A DNA stretch of 63,858 nucleotides, the filler included, from Reticulomyxa filosa (Eukaryota; Protista; Foraminifera), in the NCBI GenBank assembly GCA_000512085.1. It is 12 parts of 12 records of this genome, joined end to end, with 100 filler letters (N's around TTAATTAATTAA, not from the genome) between each part and the next. Parts side by side here need not be neighbours in the genome. Positions count along the whole stretch, not along the records: positions 1 to 25,816 come from ASPP01024706.1; 11 more parts are not named here. The stretch is one strand, 5' to 3'. The notes under the pieces were generated by a model. That model searched no databases. It was not told where the DNA came from and saw only the letters and a list, made by a program, of their open reading frames with translations. Below are positions 1 to 13,002 of the stretch, piece after piece. Numbering within the stretch: position 1 is the stretch's first letter; every line of letters starts with the position of its first letter. The translations under genes were made by a program, and so were the position numbers.

Positions 1-757
1 TGCACATAGTATTCGAACTTGCAAAGATTAAAAGGATGTTTTGAATTCAAAAACTTCCTACTTTAACTGTTTTTTTGTTTTTTCCTGTTCTGTTCCCAAA
101 AATATTGCTAAAAAGGGTCAATTTCATTTTTTTAATTTTTTATATCTTTTATGTGAAGCTTGTTCTAGCAAATTACAAAAAGTTCTTTGTTGAGCATTCG
201 TTAGTGAGCTAATCTAAACAAGTTGTAATGATATGCTTTTTTTCTCACTCAAAATTGATTTGAACCTTTTCATTTTTTATTTCAGGTACGTCATTTCAAA
301 TGCAAATACACACTAGCTCATTCTTTGCCCAAGTTTACAATAATGACATTGTTTCAATTAGAAAATGCTCTCTTGTTTGAGGAAAGGATATATTTTCATC
401 ACTTGGGGAGTATTTGGAGTTATGGTTAGAACAATTACACAAACATTGCTCTTTTTCTGGATTTGCTAAACCCACCGTTTCTGTCTGCTGATTTAGACAA
501 AACTGGAAACGTTAGGTTGAACATTCACACGTGAACTATTGAAGCTAAAAAAGATGAAGCAGCTGACTATTTGTGTGAAAATTAGATATAGTTTCAAATA
601 ACGTGTTATTTTTATTTAATTTATTTTGCGTTTTTCATGTATTAAAAACTTTTAATTTGTTAATTTGATTTCCAACTTGAACGAGAAAGAAATTTTTAAG
701 TAATGAACTCATTTTTATATTACATAGTCTTTTTATTGTGTTTAAACACTACGAATA

Positions 758-1732
758 TTAAAAATGGTCAGTTTGTTTTGGAGCAAATGTAAAGTCATAC
801 AAAGCCGAATCTTGACTTTCCACATAAAATTGTGGCACACTTTTTTGTGTATCTCTTCGAATTTGTCGCAATATTTGTTTCAAAGGACAAGAATTTTTTA
901 GCATTGGCAGCATTGTGTTTTTTAAGTAATTGCTCAATAGAGATGAGTGATTCAAAAGATGCAGCTTTGTGAATGACGAAATTGTAAAAACTCCATTGTC
1001 ATTACAGCAGTCCACTGGTTCCGGTTTTGTGAAAGTGTTAGGAAGATTGTTATCACTTTGACACATATCAATAATGAAAAATTTAAGGCAATTTTTGAAC
1101 GAAGGTATTTTGTCCTCTGCAAATGTGGCACGAAATTCGTCAATAGAAATTTGCTCCCCTTCGCTCGTAACTAAGAATTTTCCATTGGTTCCATGTCCAC
1201 AAAATATAATAATCAATGCATCATAAAGGTTGTGGTTCTTGCGTAATTTGTGCTCTCTGATGAACGTGGTAAAGAAATCTTGCACATCTTCTTGTGTCAT
1301 TTGCGCATTTTCATTGCACACAAAATCATATTTTAATTCGTTTTGAAATATTTCCTTATAATTTGCCAGAACTTTTTCTTTGACATTAGGGAGATTGGGA
1401 AATGTGCACTGACTCGAATATTTGCTAATGGCAATCATTGCTACACAAGCATTTCGAATCACTTTCAATATGGGTGATGGCTCATTTGTTTGTGACCTCC
1501 AACTAGTCTTCAATAATGGTTCATTCGATTTAAACGTGCTCTCCACATCTTTGTCACATGCAATCACTCGATCTTTGTCGTCCGTGATTCGCAATTCGCT
1601 TTTCATCTTTTGCATCTGTGCGAATTCCTTCCAATCCAAATGTCCATGAATTTGACGATACAATTCCAAATATGTTAGTGTATCCATTTTTATGTCTTTT
1701 TTCGTCTCGTTTATCATTACCTTTGCCACTTT
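758..1732 (-). CDS. Caspase/paracaspase-like protease (peptidase C14 fold) with an N-terminal PB1/ubiquitin-like segment; probably the 3' exon of a Kelch-caspase gene
   Basis: His motif LIIIFCGHG and Cys motif KFFIIDMCQS; first strand NACVAMIAISKY. Upstream ITDDKDRVIACDKDVESTF resembles the PB1 acidic (OPCA) motif. AG acceptor at 1734-1733 is in phase 0; first internal ATG at 1717. Confidence 0.8.
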   Translation of the reverse strand, partial: KVAKVMINETKKDIKMDTLTYLELYRQIHGHLDWKEFAQMQKMKSELRITDDKDRVIACDKDVESTFKSNEPLLKTSWRSQTNEPSPILKVIRNACVAMIAISKYSSQCTFPNLPNVKEKVLANYKEIFQNELKYDFVCNENAQMTQEDVQDFFTTFIREHKLRKNHNLYDALIIIFCGHGTNGKFLVTSEGEQISIDEFRATFAEDKIPSFKNCLKFFIIDMCQSDNNLPNTFTKPEPVDCCNDNGVFTISSFTKLHLLNHSSLLSNYLKNTMLPMLKNSCPLKQILRQIRRDTQKSVPQFYVESQDSALYDFTFAPKQTDHF

Positions 1733-2060
1733 CTTATTTTTTAAAAAAAGAGTTGTAAGTATCAAGAAAGGGAAAATATTATTGTTGATTAATTATGTAA
1801 ATATTTCTTCACTCAACTGGAACAAAATCACGTTTCTGTTTTACTACTGCATCCTACCGACAAACAAGCAAATATTAAAATCATAAAGATATTATATTAT
1901 CTTGATTTCCAATACACAATTTTGCATAAACACAGATATTTTTTTTAATTTGAAATAAAACAGGACTGACATTTACTTGCAGAATTTCCAACCAATCATC
2001 CATCTTCTCATCAATGTAATATTCATTGTCTGATCCACTTTATGAAAGATGTCGATCTCG

Positions 2061-3245
2061 TTACTGGCACTTGGTGATCTGTTTCCATCGCTTGAAGCGA
2101 AGGCTGGTTAAAAACAGGCTCGGAATTGGCTCCATTTTGATACGGGAAATGGTTGTGGTGGTAGTAATGGAATTGCTGTTGTTTACATTGACAGGAGTAG
2201 TTAATTGTGTGGAGTGTTGGTTAATATTTGTATCGACCGGTAAAAAAAAATCAATTTGCGATTGAAAGTGATTGGGCAAAGCCCTCACGCCGGAAAACCC
2301 TCCCAAAACGTGTAGTGTTTTATTGTCTTTGGCCATTACGCACGCGTTCCAACCCAAAGCTTGAGGCAAGGTATGAGTGCACTTGGCCCATGCTTTGTCT
2401 CTGATAGAGTACGTATAAACAGAAGACGTATAAGCTTTACGAGCGTTGGAATAGCCTCCAAAAAAAACAATGAAATGGTCCACACGTATGTAAGCATAGC
2501 AATTAAAAGAGGCAATCTCTTTCGACACTGGAAGCTGTTGCACAACAAATGAAGAGGTATCTTCATCATAGATAATATGTAATCCGACATTGAAAGATAT
2601 CAATAGCATTTCAGTTTTTGACGATGTTTCTCTGCCATTAATATAACTTTGGGCTGGGGACACAAAACAATGAAATTGGAGTCCGTGATCACTTCTTGGG
2701 ATTGGCAACTCGTTTTTGCTGGCAGTGGTTATGTATTCGTAGGTATTCAAATCGATAACGTCCATTTTGTTTGACCAATGTGTAAGAAACAATAAATTTC
2801 CCTTCTTCCCTCCGATTATACCTCGCACTCCTTGCAAATGGTCTTTTTTTCTTCCAATTATCACTGTTTTTCCATTGTGAATTAATGGAATCCATTGATT
2901 TAACACCTCTCCATTCAATTCTCTTTTCGGTTTCCAAACACTCATATATTTCATTACTAACGTGTGCTTCTTTTGGTCCACATTTTGTCCCCCAAATGAT
3001 AAGAGAGTAATTGTGTCATCTTCAATATTCCCTCCAATTTTTATTACGCAATGACCCTCCAATTTTATGTCGATTGGATATGAACAGATCAACTTGTATT
3101 CGTTTTGGAGAACATGATATGAGTAGCAGTTGGGCTTATTGTAACCACCACAGATGAGAATTTCGTTGTCGTATGCCACACATTGCGTTAAAGAAAGAGG
3201 TACAGGCAAAGGAGGCAAAGATTGAAATGGAAAATCATTATCCAT
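2061..3245 (-). CDS. Kelch-repeat beta-propeller protein (lineage-expanded family)
   Basis: EILICGGYNKPNCYSYH, ITLLSFGG, FIVFFGG...VYTYSIRDKAW, LHVLGG. Clear paralogue of the ORFs at 36293-37393, 39874-40473 and 40989-42224. Confidence 0.85.
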   Translation of the reverse strand: MDNDFPFQSLPPLPVPLSLTQCVAYDNEILICGGYNKPNCYSYHVLQNEYKLICSYPIDIKLEGHCVIKIGGNIEDDTITLLSFGGQNVDQKKHTLVMKYMSVWKPKRELNGEVLNQWIPLIHNGKTVIIGRKKDHLQGVRGIIGGKKGNLLFLTHWSNKMDVIDLNTYEYITTASKNELPIPRSDHGLQFHCFVSPAQSYINGRETSSKTEMLLISFNVGLHIIYDEDTSSFVVQQLPVSKEIASFNCYAYIRVDHFIVFFGGYSNARKAYTSSVYTYSIRDKAWAKCTHTLPQALGWNACVMAKDNKTLHVLGGFSGVRALPNHFQSQIDFFLPVDTNINQHSTQLTTPVNVNNSNSITTTTTISRIKMEPIPSLFLTSLRFKRWKQITKCQ

Positions 3246-4589
3246 TTTTTTTTTACTGTTGTTTCCTGTGGAAAATCTTTTTTCAACTTGCTGGCAGTTT
3301 TTACTTTTGTCAACGCTTTCAAAAAAATGTTAAAACGTATATATGTAAATAAATTATAATAATCCTCATGAAAGTAAATTTTCATTCCCAAGTTACGAAG
3401 AATAAAAAATATGTGTATTGTAACATATCGTTCTTTTCCTTTTGGCAGTAACCTTAAAGTCAAATACATTTATTTCATTACATCTCAATACTACAATCCA
3501 TTCAAAAAAATGACAAAACAAAAGCACTTACAATAAGTATCAATTTCAATAACAAAGCAAAAATATTTCAACTTTTATTCGTCAAAAAAAATACATTCAA
3601 ATAAGTTACGTATAAATAACGTATAAATTGATAATTACTGTTAATTTATATATTTGACAGAACGAAAAATACAATTAAAAAAGTATAACTAATAATACAC
3701 AAGCGCAAAAGAAAACTATGTTCAAAAAAGATCTCTCACACTGATTGAATGCCCGTCTAAATAATGAAAGTTGTTGCTAATTTTGACAATTTCAATAACT
3801 GGTATTCAACTGTTGTGTGTAAGTATATCATTGGTTTGACAAGTAACAATAATTTCTTATCAAAACGTCTGTGTGAAATATATTTTCATGTTTTGTTTAC
3901 CTAGTTAAGACCAAACTTGACAAAAATAACACAGATGCTTTCACAATTGCTGCCAATTCTAAAAGATATTAACATTGACATCTTCATCTCTGATAATACT
4001 TTGCTTTGCAGCTCCATGAGAGATAAAAAAATTTAAAAAATGGAACTACGTTTCCCCTTGTGTTGTTTGTTCAACCAATTTTTTGACTAATTTTGATTTG
4101 AATTTTTATTTATGAATATTTTCCATACGTGGCTCATTGAACAAATCTCACACTACCGTCCTCAAGCAATTATGTTAGAGCAAATTCTTCGTTACATTTA
4201 TACTTCTTTAAATAAAAAAAGTAATATCACTTGGATGTTGACAGATAATATTATCGTAATATTCATAAAATGGTTTGTACATTATTTGCATTACAATAAT
4301 GGATAAGACATTTCTAAAGAATTAATTTGAGAACATTGATAATTGAATAGTGACGTACTTTGATAAACGTATATGATATCTGTGATGTGATCCAAAAACG
4401 AAGACTCTTTTGCGAAAACAAGTATTTAATAGAGCATTTGCATTTTGCCAATGCCCAAATTTATCTTTTTTGGACATGATATTAACTCAAATTTAAAAAC
4501 CAGAAAGAACTAAAATTAAAAATATTGATTTTTCAATGTCAAGTTATTTTTGTTTTCACTGATATATGCTATTTGTATAGTCAAATCAT

Positions 4590-6134
4590 TTATAAATGAT
4601 TTGCTTGAATACCTTCAAATCTATCTTTCCAATAATTATCACAATATGGCTTTTCAAATGTGCCTGTTTTCATAGGAGGATACATCCAATAAGATAATGC
4701 CAAATGTGAATTTAAACTAGGATTAGAGAGTGATGTAACCTCATGAAACCAGCCAGAAGGAAGATATAACATTTCTCCTTCTTTAATCGTGACAACAATT
4801 TTTTCATGTTTAATTTGATTATATTTTGGAAACTTTTTAATAATTTCAGTTTCACTCTCACGCAAATCGATTTGACTGAATGACATTGGATTATCTTCCG
4901 TTTCAAGATCAAAGGCATTTTTTTCAAGAGAAGAACAGGATCCATTGTTCAATTTTCTTTTTTTGGAAGGTGGTCCATTTTGCATTTCTTTTTCTTTCAC
5001 TTTGTCCAACACTTACATCATACAAAAAGATTGAGATATGTAAAAGTTAATTTAATTCAAAAAAGACAATGTTTGTTATATATGCTGTGTATTGAACTTT
5101 TGTCCATGTAATCATCAATATTAGTTTCTTCATTATCTTCATCAAATGAAGAAAAAGCTTCATCATCATCAAAATCGACATCCTCTTCATCATCGTCAAT
5201 TTCTTCTTCTTCCTTCTTCTTCTTCTTTTTGATCATTGTTGATCCCATCATTTTCTTTCTCTTGTTTCATTTGTTTATGACGATTCCATTTATCAACTAA
5301 CAAAAGATCGGCTCCATCTTCTCGAACTTGGACTCCCCAATCATTTTTATAACAAATGAGTCCATTGTCGTAGACTTGGCTAATTTCACCATTGACATAT
5401 AATTGATGCACGCAATGAGGAGGGAACAATGTGAAAGTTTTCTCACCTCGAATGACCAAATAGATATTGTCATGAAAATCGTGATGCAATTTTGATTGGG
5501 TCCCTGTTTTTTTCGACTCTTCGTGTTTTTTTTCTTCTTTTTTCTTTTCACTTCCTGAATGGCCCATCCACATGTTTATTTGATGTGTTATTAAACTGGG
5601 ACAAATATCACTCAAAATCAGTGGAAAGTCTTCTTTCAATGAAGCTAGTGGATGACTGTACAATTCTAATGGTCCCTTTTCGTCTGTCTATTTTTCCAAG
5701 TGTTTAATGAAATGTTACATCTTTTGTGTGTATGTTTTTTTTTTGTTCTCACTTACTTCAATGTCCTGAACCGTCATGTAATATAAATCTTCACCAGTTT
5801 CCAAGAGGTTTAAAAAGTCGCAAAATGGTAACAACACTTTATTACTTGTTCCAAATTTTTCTTTATCTGAATTTCTTGTTTCCACCTATGTTTTTTATTT
5901 TGCTCTTTTGTCCTATCATTGCCTGTTTTTCAATGCTTGAGTATTAACTTTGACAATTTCATTTTCGCATTTTTGTTTTAGGTATTTGTTTGATTTCCAG
6001 TTTTCAAAAGCTTTTTCTAGAGAGTTGCTGATAAATTTTATATGAGCAGGTTTTCGTGCTGATATAAAGTTCTTGAAGAACTCTTGTGGTGGCAAGGGAG
6101 AAGTCAATTCGGTAACAAAGTTTGGCAGTTCCAT
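4590..6134 (-). CDS. JmjC/cupin-like 2-oxoglutarate Fe(II) oxygenase, multi-exon
   Basis: INMWMG, SKLHHDFHDNIYLVIRGEKTFTLFPP (HxD) and EGEMLYLPSGWFHEV (distal His). Acidic low-complexity insert with an apparent frameshift near 5200-5250. Confidence 0.85.
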
Positions 6135-6578
6135 TCTTCTTTAAGTTTTTTTAAAGTTAAAAAAAAGTTTAGTCAACAAGTAAGTGGCAAATTAGAATTG
6201 ATTGACGATTCTAATCAAAATTTCAATTGAATTTACAAAAATTTGACTTAACAGAAAAAGAAGAACGCTCGTAAATATTTAACGTGTGTAGGATTGTCCT
6301 ACAAAGCAACAAAAAAAAATGAATTTTCACTCTTTGCCAGCCATATTTTTAATTTGTTACAAAAGTTCATTGCCAAAGTTTTTTAAGATAAGTCTTGAAA
6401 TGTAGTTGTGAAGATTTCATTATATTTTGTACTGAAAAAAGAGATCATTTTGACAATATGATTGTATGTAATTTAATTCGTTTTCGATTTGGTGTGGGCA
6501 TTTTTTTGAAAACTTTAAAATAAAGCATTTAGGAAAATCATTGTTTCCTCAAAAAAAAGTAATAAAAAACCAAACAAT

Positions 6579-8107
6579 TTATTTTTTGGATGTGGGTTTG
6601 TTAAATTTGAAATACATTATATCACCGTCCTGAACTTCATAGCTTTTTCCATTTTGAATGTATTTGCCGTTTGCTTTGGCAGCTGATTCACTGCCACATT
6701 TTTTAAAATCTTTGTAGGACATTGTCTCAGCACAAATAAAGCCTTTTTCAAAATCGGTGTGAATGGTACCAGCTGCTTGAGGAGCTTTAGTAGTAGCACG
6801 AACAGTCCAACAGCGAACCTCATCTTCACCGGCAGTAAAAAAATGAATCAAATGCAAAGCTTTGTATCCACTGGTAATGATTTTATCTAACATTGATCTG
6901 GTTTTGTGTTCTTTCAAATAAGCTTCTCGTTTGCTTTCATCCATTTCTAGTAACTTTTTAAAGTCAAAAAAACAATACCAAATAGAAATATAATTTGTGA
7001 AAGACAAAGAGAGAAAGAGCAAATAAAGACAAACCTTTGCTTCAAAAACAGCACTAAAAGGAATAACCGCAGATCCAGGGAAATGTTTGTCAACCCATTC
7101 CTGAATAACTCCAATAAATTTATTGGATCCTTTTTCCCAATCAGACATTGATACATTGACCAAAAATACAACAGGCTTCGCTGTAAATAAATTATATCCA
7201 CGAATGTATTCAATCTCATCACTTGTCCAATCGGCGTAATTGACATCCTTTCCAGCCTCTAACACTTCTTTGATTTTACCTACCACTTCCTTTCCAATTG
7301 TTATTGTTTTCAGTAAACAATCAATTTAACATAAACATCAACACAATAACCTTTTTTAAAATAAAAAATTATTACCAACTCTTTTTTAATTTTGCGATCA
7401 TTACTTCGTTTCGCCATTTTTTCCATGTTTTCAAATTTGCCCGCAATTGTTTGTCGATCTTTTGCTCTTAATTCAAAGGAAATTGTTTCTAAATCACGAA
7501 TTGGGTCCACTGATCCATCAACATGCTCTACCATCTTATCTTTGAATGCTCTTACCACGTGATATATCGCATCCACGCTTTGGATATTTGACAAAAACTC
7601 ATTTCCCAAGCCTTTGCCTTCATGTGCGCCACGCACCAAACCGGCGATATCCCATATCTAAACATGTTTCACAAGAAATATACGTTTTGCATATAAAAAA
7701 TTTCATTTTCTCTCCCCTTTTTTTCCCCTCCCGATTTAATTTTTTTATTATTTTCTTTGGAAAAGTTGAGCGGAAAATCGGATGTAAGAAAATGTCTGGG
7801 ATTTTAGAATAACTTCGAGCACTGCTTGAATACGCGATCGTGGGGCATACACTTCACATAAATGAGTCCAGCGCTTGTCTGGTACAGCGACTATGGCTTG
7901 TGCGGGCTGAATTGTACAGAAAGGGTAATTTTCCGCTGGAACTTGTTTCGTTGAAAAAGTATTGAATAAAGAGGATTTCCCGACGTTTGGCAACCCCACT
8001 ATACCTATTCGACATTTGTTTTTTTCCAGTTTTCCCAAAAACGGTCGTGAGGCTACTTTTGGCTTTTTTTCGTTTTCAGTTTCAGTTGGTTCAGGTTCCT
8101 GCGCCAT
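6579..8107 (-). CDS. OLA1: Obg-like ATPase 1 (YchF family), 4 exons
   Basis: GIVGLPNVGKS P-loop, ENYPFCTI, DIAGLVRGAHEGKGLGNEFL, FFTAGEDEVRCW, KAPQAAGTIHTDFEKGFI, YEVQDGDIMYFKFN; GT-AG introns join the ORF pieces. Confidence 0.97.
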
Positions 8108-8648
8108 CTTTCTCAAATAAAAAAGAAATGCAAGTTAAATGTCTCCCAAATAAAAAGAGTTTTTGACTCTTTTTTATCTTGCACGCGCCCCGGACGAGGA
8201 CTTTCAAACTTGTGAATTTGATTTAATTGTTTTTAGCTAAAAAAAAATAAAGCAGTGACAACAAAAATGTAGTCAACTCTAAAAATTGTTTGTTTTTTCT
8301 TTTTTTCCATTGACTGTGTTATTCAAAAAAAATGTTTTGATTAATATGTATTTAGATGAACAAAAATATACACAAGTATTGGCAGATCATTCACATACGT
8401 TTTAAAACATTATAATTGTATCTATAAATGATAAATATTTTTTTATCTTATGAAATAAAGCTAGGCTAATACATAGTTCAAGCACAAGTAAAAATGATTT
8501 AAAATTGAATTTTTCTCTTTATCTATGCCATCCTTGGATTAAAAACATCTCACAGTAAGTGAATAATAAGCGTAAAACACAATAAAAAGCCACTATCAAA
8601 AATGTGAAATGACCCCTACGGAAAAAACTATATATATTGATATATTTT

Positions 8649-11568
8649 ATGAAGACAATCAAATCGTGGTTTGGAAGGATCAGTACTACTAGTAGACATA
8701 ATACAACGAAACCTCATGTGTTAATAAAGATCCCAAGTGTAAAACAGGTGGAAACCGAGGAAAAGACAGAGACCCCACGCAAAAAGAAAAAACACAGAAG
8801 CAGTAAGAAGGACGAGGGCTCGAAAAAAGAGTATGACGATGAAAAAGGAGAGCAATCACAAATTAACAGCAAGGAAAGCAGAACAAAATCCAAAATGGAG
8901 GAAGGGAAGCAACAAAGTCGTGGAAAAGCGGATTCCAAATTAAAAAAAAAGAATAAAAAAGCGAGAGATGAAAATGATCAAAATCAAACCCAAGAATTTT
9001 ATTTCCAAAAAAAGCAACAACTACAAGTTTAACTTCACACCACTGGTGACAATTGCAAACATAAAATAGTATTTAGTTTCATTTGTAACATATAAAAATA
9101 TGTATACATATATATAACACATACATTATGAATCTCAAGACGGAATAAATTTGTGTGTACACTTTGTGGGAGTATGGATCATAGTTTACAGTTCAAGTGC
9201 AGTATCGACAGCAATCTTGGACGTTATACCGATCATTCAATGAGTTTGTAGAATTATGGGATCAATTGAATAGCAAGTATGGCATCTCAATCGAATCCAC
9301 AAAACTTAAGATTTTGCCACTATTCCAACATCCCCCCATCCAAACCACAAACAAAAATGTTCATCAGCGCTCTCAAAAGAGTTTAACCACACCCACGTAC
9401 ATAGTCCACCTTTTTTTTTTTTTGTTCATTCAAATTGGTGTTTACTGCATGTGCACGCTGATCACTCAGCAAAAAAAAAAAAAAGGGGGCGCAAACAGAA
9501 AAAACAATTATAAAAAAAAAAGAATCAAAAAAATACGACTTCGAAAATCTGCCCCCGACAAGGGAATCCTCACGGTCGACCTCGCACATGGACAACATGG
9601 CATATCAGTCAGATTTTGTATCTGCATTTGATACGAACAAAGTAGCAGAACAGTATCAACCTCTTCCATTAGGTAGATAAGGAGAGAGCGTTTATACTTT
9701 GTTGTTCCTCACAAGTTGATCGACTAACATAAAAACAAAAAAAAAAAAAAAAGATGTACGCTTTGCTCGAACAAACCCAGATGAATCTCCCTTTGTAAAA
9801 ATCTTACGTAAATCATTGGAAGAGTGGCTGCAAAAAGTAATTCAAGATGAGGTGTACATTCGAAATGACGAAGTTTGCAACTTTATTCAATTTTATCTCG
9901 TTGTGACTGAATCGAGCAAAAAACAAAAGAAAGTGGAAAAGTGGATGCATATTGCAGATCACGCACATATGCATAGTGGCGACGCCAATGGCATGGATAG
10001 ATCCACGAAATCAACGAAATCAAAGGAAGGGGTCGGAATGAGCGATCAGCAGCAATTATCGGAGCAGGGAAAAAAGACCAAAAGCGTAGGCTTGCATGAC
10101 TTTACATTACTTAAAGTAATTGGAAAAGGGGCCTTTGGCAAAGTGTTGCAAGTTCGAAAAAAGGATACCAATAAAATGTATGCCATGAAAATATTGAAAA
10201 AGGAAAATGTTATGAAGAGAGAGCAAATCGAACATACGAAAACCGAGAGAAGGGTATTGGGCTATATCCAACACCCTTTTATTGTTGCTTTGGATTACGC
10301 CTTTCAATCCGAGACTAAGTTATACTTAGTCTTAGATTACTGTCCAGGAGGAGAGCTCTTTTTCCACTTGGGCAAAGTCAAGCGCTTTAAAGAGGATCGC
10401 GCTAGATATTATGCTGCTGAAATTACTTTGGCGTTGGAGTATTTGCATTCCAAAGACATTGTTTACAGGTTTTGTAAAATTTTTTTTAAAAAAAACGTTG
10501 TTCAATACATTTTTTTGTAAGCAACATAAAATCAAATAACGTACAAAACAAAACTCTCCTCTTTTTATCCTTTCATATATGCACAGGGATTTGAAGCCAG
10601 AAAATGTACTGCTCGATGGTGAAGGTCACATACGACTGACAGATTTTGGATTGTCCAAAGAACGTATCAATGATGAAAACTTGACGTATTCGTTTTGCGG
10701 AACTCCAGAATACTTGGCACCAGAGATATTAAGAAAAGTTGGACATGGGAAACCCAGCGATTGGTGGTCCTTAGGCGCACTGTTGTACGAAATGATGACT
10801 GGAATGCCACCTTTTTATAGTCGCGATCGCGATCGATTATTTGAAAAAATACTCCACAGCAAAATCAAATTTCCTACACACTTCAGTGAAGCTTGTTGTC
10901 ATTTGCTTATGTCTTTAATGCAGCGGGATCCCAATCATCGATTAGGTTATTCGTATGCACTTGATTTTTTTTTTTAAATATGTCCGTGTTTTCAACATAA
11001 ACAAGAAAAATACTTTCACGAACACGTGGCAATTATTAAAACAACAGGAACATTTGATGATGCCAAGCCAGTCAAGGCGCATGTATTCTTTAGGGGCATT
11101 GACTGGGACTTATTACTGAATAAAAAAGTGTCACCACCTTTTGTTCCAAAAATTGAGCAAGATACTACGGGATGCGTGGGTGTGAACAACTTTGATAAGG
11201 AGTTTGTGGACATGCCTATTGATTCTCCTGAGGATAATAAAAATCCAAAACGCATTTCTGACAAAAAAGCCTCCTTGCTGTTCTTTGAGGACTTTACATT
11301 TGTCCGAGAGCAAGAGGTTTGTATGAATGACGCCAAAAATGAGACGAACAGTGATAATACTAGCGAAAGTGATAGTGATAGTAGCACTGATAGCGGACAG
11401 GCAGAGGACAATAATATTGGTGTGTATCCATTAGCAGACGATACAACAATGTCTGGACAAAATAACCAGTTTGGAGGCTCCATTGGTGAATACAACAATC
11501 AATTCAGAGCAGAAGATTATGCACAACACGCTGTTGCAAAAACTACTAGTTCATCACCGCACATATAA
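8649..11568 (+). CDS. AGC Ser/Thr kinase (SGK/Akt/S6K-like) with an upstream PX-like domain, multi-exon
   Basis: IGKGAFGKV, YAMKIL, YRDLKPEN (split by intron), DFG, SFCGTPEYLAPE, tail NFDKEF...DSP, hydrophobic motif FEDFTF. PX-like WTLYRSFNEFVELWDQL and LEEWLQKVI...EVCNFI. Confidence 0.92.
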
Positions 11569-13002
11569 AAAAAAAAATTATGTGCATATGCCTCTTTAAA
11601 AGGTATTTTCAAAAATTAAGAAAAAAAGAAAATCATGGTGCTCGTTTCTTGTGAAACAAGCAACGAAGAGTGCCCATTATGAGATGTGTGGCTTCTTCTC
11701 TAATACAGACAAAAACGAGGAAGAAAAAAAGTGTGTCAGTCATTGTCTTCTCTTAATTGTTTTTTCTTTGGCAAAATATTACCAGAATTGATAAAAAAAA
11801 GTTAACGAACACTGTTTTGTATACGGCATATAATTTATTTAACGAGAAATAGCGCCAAAGGGAAACAACTCAATACTCATTTTTGAGATCTGGGTTGCAG
11901 TGTCTTTTGAAATTCTTCTACCTCTCTTCGCTTTCTGAGTGTCAGTGCGTAGGTTTGAAGTGGTTTGATGAATTGTTTTGAAGCTTTCAAAGTAATGCCA
12001 TACTTCTCCATAAAAAAAAGAATTAGTACAGTAATTTTCAATTGAAATTTCTCACCGATAGAGTTTTTCAAAAAATTGTAAAAAAAAGCCACTCCTTGAG
12101 TACGCCTCTGAGGACGAGCAAGATGACGTGGACGAAGAGAAACTCTAGAATATTCGACCTTTCTTTTAGTGTTGAGAGAATTTCAAGTGCTCGTAGTCTT
12201 TTTTGTTGAAACAGAAACACGATGAATTTACAACACAACAATAACTATTAATGGTCACAGAAACATCAACAGTGGGTGTATTGTTGAAAGAAAAAAATTA
12301 GCCCGCTTAGAAGACTTGGGTAACAAAATTCACAGTCGGAAAAACTATCCCTAGAACACGAAGAAAGAACATAGCGTGCAAATACTTTATCAAATATTTT
12401 CTCACTCTTTTTTAAGTTCAATCTTTAAATCCAATATTATGTCTATTATTACGAACATCTTACTTTTAAAGTATTTGAAGAGCTGGAGCTTTTTAAATCC
12501 ATTTTATGTTTTAAGAAGAACACGCATTTTTGTTAGAATTACTGACCTCTTTTCAGTTGATGCGGGTAAAAAGAACGAGTGCAAGAAAGAGCCAGAAAAA
12601 TGTGATGTTCTATACACTCTTTGAATATTTTTATTTCTTAGATTTCAATTGTGATGAGTTTCTCTCTTATTATCGAAAAGAGAAATATAAAAATTTGTGT
12701 TAGAAATGTTGATAGTATCGTCAAGTCAAAAATTGAGATACGTAACTTTCTAAGAAATTAACACTTGGCACAAAATTTGAAAAAAAATTTATTGAATTTT
12801 GTAAGCATCGAAGAAATCAATGACTTGTTCACATTGCCAACCATACTCTACAAAATATGACATAGTTATTGTAGTTTTGTTCTTTTGGAAATGAATTACA
12901 ATTATTCGAGTTATTGACAAGGTATTTAACATAAACACATGACTAAATAATAATCATAGCATTGAAAGAAGTGTTTAGGTGAGGTTTTGTAAGAATGCTG
13001 TT

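Noticed and set aside
8110-8648. Bidirectional promoter between OLA1 and the kinase, with a GC-rich patch at 8181-8199
   Set aside because: Head-to-head layout is real, but no motif or TSS evidence supports a specific element.
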